From Candidatus Iainarchaeum sp. (lineage in GTDB: Archaea > Iainarchaeota > Iainarchaeia > Iainarchaeales > JAZDFD01): a stretch of DNA of 64,000 nt. Of this stretch, positions 60,153 to 64,000 are shown one piece after another. Each line of letters begins with the position of its first letter. Position 1 is the stretch's first letter. Both the position numbers and the translations under genes were made by a program. The notes below the pieces were generated by a model. That model was not told the origin of the DNA and made no database searches. It worked only from the letters and a program-made list of their open reading frames with translations. The stretch spans positions 7,604 to 71,603 of the forward strand of contig JAZDFD010000016.1 in the NCBI GenBank assembly GCA_043808155.1, read 5' to 3'.

Positions 60153-60800
60153 ATGGCATGGGTAATTTCAAATTACAATACATTTAAAGAGAAATTAAAT
60201 GGCACAAATTTTGATGATAATAATCCGCTTTCAAAAGCCCTTCAGCATCATTTCTCAAAAAAAGGTGTAATCTCAATAAAATCAAAAGACAAGGGGTTCC
60301 CAATTTTAACCTATCCTTCAAAACCAATTCTTAAATCAAAAATCTTAGTATTAACTGAAAGAAAAAAATCACTGCAAAAACACCAGGCAAAATGGAAACA
60401 AAAAAGATTAGAAGCAAAATCATATCACTTAACAAACAATGTGAAAAAACTCACATCTCCGTTATACTGGAAACATGTCGCAAAATGTGCAACAAATAAA
60501 GATTACAAAAGTGATTCTGATAAAGTTCAGCTCCCGGCTCACTTAGTTACTGACCCGAGATGGGAACCAATGATTAAAACGTTCATAAATGACGAGGATT
60601 ACAGAAAACAATTAACAGAAACAGTTGACAAATCAATTGTTTACCAAAAAGATAAAAAAGTCGCACGCTTTGCAGATGATTTAAGAAACTTCAGAATCAT
60701 AGAATCAGATAAAAAAATTGAAGAAATTGAAAGCAAATTAAATGAAATAAGAGAAGACTTGTTTTCATTAAACGAACTCCTGAAATGGAGCAATAAATAA
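60153..60800 (+). CDS. Hypothetical protein
   Basis: A 215-aa K-rich ORF with no motif recognised. Confidence 0.4.
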   Translation: MAWVISNYNTFKEKLNGTNFDDNNPLSKALQHHFSKKGVISIKSKDKGFPILTYPSKPILKSKILVLTERKKSLQKHQAKWKQKRLEAKSYHLTNNVKKLTSPLYWKHVAKCATNKDYKSDSDKVQLPAHLVTDPRWEPMIKTFINDEDYRKQLTETVDKSIVYQKDKKVARFADDLRNFRIIESDKKIEEIESKLNEIREDLFSLNELLKWSNK

Positions 60801-60881
60801 TTTTGCATAAAGTTCACCGGAAATCTACTCTTACGTTTTGCTTTATAAATGCCCAAAACTTCTTTCTTCCGAGGTGATAAA

Positions 60882-60938
60882 ATGTTTGGTTCAAGTTTAT
60901 GCAGGTTCGTGGAAGCTTATGGACAAAAAAATATGTAA
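60882..60938 (+). CDS. 18-codon upstream ORF ahead of the helicase gene
   Basis: GAGGTGAT lies 3 nt upstream of the ATG. CTTTATAAAT is at 60841-60850. Product: MFGSSLCRFVEAYGQKNM. Confidence 0.3.
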   Translation: MFGSSLCRFVEAYGQKNM

Positions 60939-60983
60939 GCTCATTTTTCTCTCTTTTTAATATTTCCATTCGGGTAATTTCAT

Positions 60984-63900
60984 ATGGTAAAAAACTTCTC
61001 ACAAATCCCTGAAAAGGAATTGCTGGAAAAAATTCTAAAATTAAATGAAATTGATAGTTTCAACCCAATGCAGGAAAAAGTGCTCTCCCAAAATCTCTTC
61101 AATTCAAATATTGTGGTTTCAGCACCCACTGCTTCAGGAAAAACATTAGTTTCGGAAATTGCAGCTCTAAATTCAATAATAAATAACAGAAAAAAAGTTG
61201 TTTACACCTGCCCTTTGCGTGCATTAGCAAATGAGCATTATACTGAATTCAAAAGAAAATATTCTGATTCCCTGAATATCAAAGCAACGATAAGCACAGG
61301 GGACTTTGATTCAAGTTCAAAACACCTGCAAAATTACGACATTATTTTCACTACGCATGAAAAATGTTTACCTTTTGATGAATACATCGTATGCAAGGAT
61401 GATAACAATTTGAGAATAGTTAAGATTGGTGAGTTTTTTGAGGAAATTTATCATAATGCAAAAATTATTAAAATGAAAAATAAAATTACCCTCATCCCAA
61501 AAAAGAAATATTTTTCTGTTTCCTTTGATTTTAATAAAAAGGAACCTGTTTTTTCTGAAATAGAAGCAGTAACTAAAAGCGCTAACAAAGATAAATTACT
61601 AGAACTTAAGCTTCAGTCTGGCAGAATGCTGACAACTACTTCTGACCATACACTCTTTCGTCTTCAAAATGCTGAGCTGGAAAAAGTGTCTGCAGAAGAT
61701 TCTTTGGGCTCTTATTTAACTGCTCTATCAGATTCGTCTATTTTACTAAAATCAAAAATTAATCATTTTAATGTTTTTGAACAGTTCGTTGAAAATAATC
61801 TTGATAATTTATTTTATGTAACTTTTTCCTCTGTTAATTTCGAAGAACTGACAAATGTAATGGTCACTAAAAACAGAACCAAAAGAAAGGCAAAAGAGCT
61901 GGCAAAGCGTTACCTGAAAAATAAGCGTATGCCCGCTAGCATAGCAAAAAAACTTAAAAATATTAAAATTCATAAAATTACACTGCAAAGAAGTGATTCT
62001 TACCACCAACTAAATTCTAAAATCAAGTTGTCCAAATCTTTTGGAAAGATTTTAGGTTATTTTATTTCCGAGGGTTCTTATTCTACTGTCTCAAAAACTC
62101 ACGGCTACTATGTGCTGAGATACCCTGTAATAAACAAATGGATTAAAGATGATTTGATTAAATCCTTAGAAAAAGAAAAAATCCCTTTTAAGTTACATGA
62201 AAAAAATAATGAATTAGCTGTTAAAAGCAAAATTTTATATCACCTATTCAAAAGTTTTGGCATTGGAAAAGCTGCAAATAAAAAATTACCTGATTTTGTG
62301 TTTTTTGCCCCTAAACCATTTTTGATTGGTTTATTACAAGGCCTATTTAATGGTGATGGCGGCGTAAATCCAAGCTCAATTGATTATTCTACTAAAAACA
62401 AAGAATTAGCATATCAAATATCTTTACTTTTAACTCGTTTTAGAGTGCAGACCTATATTTACCCACAAAAAGTTAAGGGCTATAAAGATACTTATTGGCG
62501 GCTTAATATGTATGGTGGAAAAAATATTGAAAGATTTTTATATCTTGTGCAAGAATTGAGACCAAATTTAATGAAAAAGGCAATTGAGCTTGCCAGTTCT
62601 AAAGAAAAAAGAGATAGTATGTTCAATAATCTGCCTGCCAGACCACTTTTCAAAAAGAACCAATTGCACAGCATGAAAAAGCTAGATAGGGCTGTTTATT
62701 CTGGATGGTATTCTAATAATAGGGTTTCAAAAACTTTGGCAAAGAGTTTTTCGTTAAAATATAATCTCAAAGAGGCTTTAGCTATATGCAATTACCCTCT
62801 TGGTTTTTTAAAAGTCAAAACCACGACAACAGCAAAATCCAAAAAATTTGTTTACAATATTAAAACAAAGGCTGGAAATTATTTTACTGGAAATGGAATT
62901 CTAATTAAAAATTGCGATTCTCTGCAAAGACACAATGCAGAATGGCTTCAGGATGTGGGACTCCTAATCCTTGACGAAATCCATGATTTGGATTCCGGAA
63001 GAGGACCAACACTTGAAATAGTAACAACGAAATTCCTCTTCATAAACCCAAAAATCCAGATTCTCGCATTAAGTGCAACAATTCCCAATTGTAAAGATAT
63101 TGCAGACTGGCTCAATGCAGAACTCATAGAATCTGATTACCGCCCAATGAAACTAAAAGAAGGAGTCTTTTTTCAGAATGAAATCACTTACAATACTAAT
63201 TCTGAAGAACTCCTCTCACATGATGATTCACTTTCATCAATAATAACTGATACTTTAGAAAACAAAAAAAAGCAGGCCCTAGTTTTTGCAAACACAAGGA
63301 GAAATGCAGAAGCTTCAGCAAGAAAACTTTCTGAAATAACATATTCACTTCTCACAGAAAAAGAAAAAGCAGAATTAGAAAAAGCCTCGAAAAAAATCCT
63401 TGATGTTCTGGAAGCTCCGACTGAACAATGCAAAAAAATTGCAGAACTCCTGAAAAAAGGTTCATGTTTCCATCATGCAGGTTTAATGCAAAAACAAAGA
63501 ACAGTTATTGAAGATGAATTCAAAAAAAATAATTTAAAAGTAATTTCCGCCACGCCGACTTTGGCTGCGGGAATTAATTTGCCCGCGCACACAGTAGTAA
63601 TAAGTTCAGTTTACAGATACGCAGATTCCGGAATGGAAAAAATCCCAGTAAGAGATTATAAGCAAATGGCGGGTAGAAGTGGAAGACCAAAATACGACAC
63701 AGAGGGGCGTGCAATAATGATTGCAAAAAATGCACTGGAAGCAGAAGATTTATTTGAGAGATACGTGAATGGACGTGTTGAAGAAGTTTCCTCTCACTTA
63801 GGCATTGAATCTGTTTTAAGAATGCACCTGCTTTCTTTAATTGCAAACAATTTCGTTTTTGATTTGGATAGCATGGAAAAATTCTTTTCAAAAACATTTT

Positions 63901-64000
63901 ATGCAAACCAATTTGGGAACTTAAATGAAATTTACAGCAAACTCCAGTCACTGCTTCTTGAACTGCAGGAAATGGAATTTGTAACTGCAGATGAAAAATA
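60984..64000 (+). CDS. hel308: Hel308/Ski2-type superfamily-2 DNA helicase, interrupted by an intein; 3' end outside window
   Basis: The frame is open from the ATG at 60984 to the window end, so it is absent from the track. Motifs: I SAPTASGKT, Ib TTHEK/CDSLQRH, II LDEIH, III SAT, V TPTLAAGINLPA, VI QMAGRSGRP. Confidence 0.9.
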   Translation, partial: MVKNFSQIPEKELLEKILKLNEIDSFNPMQEKVLSQNLFNSNIVVSAPTASGKTLVSEIAALNSIINNRKKVVYTCPLRALANEHYTEFKRKYSDSLNIKATISTGDFDSSSKHLQNYDIIFTTHEKCLPFDEYIVCKDDNNLRIVKIGEFFEEIYHNAKIIKMKNKITLIPKKKYFSVSFDFNKKEPVFSEIEAVTKSANKDKLLELKLQSGRMLTTTSDHTLFRLQNAELEKVSAEDSLGSYLTALSDSSILLKSKINHFNVFEQFVENNLDNLFYVTFSSVNFEELTNVMVTKNRTKRKAKELAKRYLKNKRMPASIAKKLKNIKIHKITLQRSDSYHQLNSKIKLSKSFGKILGYFISEGSYSTVSKTHGYYVLRYPVINKWIKDDLIKSLEKEKIPFKLHEKNNELAVKSKILYHLFKSFGIGKAANKKLPDFVFFAPKPFLIGLLQGLFNGDGGVNPSSIDYSTKNKELAYQISLLLTRFRVQTYIYPQKVKGYKDTYWRLNMYGGKNIERFLYLVQELRPNLMKKAIELASSKEKRDSMFNNLPARPLFKKNQLHSMKKLDRAVYSGWYSNNRVSKTLAKSFSLKYNLKEALAICNYPLGFLKVKTTTTAKSKKFVYNIKTKAGNYFTGNGILIKNCDSLQRHNAEWLQDVGLLILDEIHDLDSGRGPTLEIVTTKFLFINPKIQILALSATIPNCKDIADWLNAELIESDYRPMKLKEGVFFQNEITYNTNSEELLSHDDSLSSIITDTLENKKKQALVFANTRRNAEASARKLSEITYSLLTEKEKAELEKASKKILDVLEAPTEQCKKIAELLKKGSCFHHAGLMQKQRTVIEDEFKKNNLKVISATPTLAAGINLPAHTVVISSVYRYADSGMEKIPVRDYKQMAGRSGRPKYDTEGRAIMIAKNALEAEDLFERYVNGRVEEVSSHLGIESVLRMHLLSLIANNFVFDLDSMEKFFSKTFYANQFGNLNEIYSKLQSLLLELQEMEFVTADEK
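61365..62912 (+). mobile_element. 516-codon intein with LAGLIDADG homing-endonuclease domain inside helicase motif Ib
   Basis: It starts CLPFDE after ...IFTTHEK. Block B is TTTSDHTLF. LAGLIDADG motifs are ILGYFISEGSY and LIGLLQGLFNGDGG. It ends FVYNIKTKAGNYFTGNGILIKN, followed by extein CDSLQRH. Confidence 0.85.

Noticed and set aside
1-64000. Possible reassignment of TAA to a sense codon, prompted by the two in-frame TAA cases at 14024 and 56893.
   Set aside because: TAA terminates many conserved genes at the expected length (UbiX, UbiD, AcnX small subunit, IDI2, thiolase). The DUF35 gene ends with a TAA-TAA tandem. Reading TAA as sense would fuse unrelated enzymes such as DUF35 to mevalonate kinase. 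TGA and TAG are also used as stops.

Overview
Visibly AT-rich archaeal chromosomal window with about 67 protein genes. I could not recognise any rRNA, tRNA or CRISPR array. Archaeal identity rests on an aCPSF1/FttA-type beta-CASP nuclease, proteasome beta subunit, NAC, archaeal-type D-aminoacyl-tRNA deacylase, a Hel308/Ski2-type helicase and an archaeal-type mevalonate pathway. GGTGAT-like Shine-Dalgarno motifs precede many starts, and ATG, GTG and TTG starts are all used. Layout: (i) 0.4-13.6 kb is one co-directional gene string encoding the complete trans-anhydromevalonate-phosphate type mevalonate pathway from thiolase to IPP isomerase. It is interrupted at the thiolase 5' end by a free-standing LAGLIDADG homing-endonuclease gene and also carries a malic enzyme and a HAD hydrolase. 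(ii) 13.6-21.4 kb is a minus-strand surface-glycan cluster (WbpB/WbpE/WbpD-like triad, GT4 glycosyltransferase, methyltransferase) plus secreted Cys-rich proteins. (iii) 21.5-30.4 kb holds mixed housekeeping and orphan genes with repeat-bearing non-coding stretches. (iv) 30.2-35.0 kb is a two-subunit [NiFe]-hydrogenase locus with HypC, a maturation protease and two tiny membrane proteins. (v) 35.0-36.0 kb is a 1-kb repeat-rich non-coding region. (vi) 38.4-53.0 kb is a cell-surface island: a 1401-aa anchored protein, a 955-aa fibre protein with a C1q/TNF-like head and near-identical internal repeats, CARDB-like proteins and a transglutaminase-like protein. (vii) 53-60 kb is housekeeping (AK6/Fap7-like kinase, aCPSF1, proteasome beta, FKBP, NAC). 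(viii) 60,984 to the window end is a Hel308-type helicase carrying a 516-codon LAGLIDADG intein; the ORF track misses it because it has no stop in the window. Most noteworthy are the homing-endonuclease cassette that duplicates and recodes the thiolase start, the fibre/surface island, the hydrogenase with no recognisable redox partner, two genes with an in-frame TAA followed by long coding-like extensions, and a family of shared intergenic motifs linking three unusually long non-coding regions.
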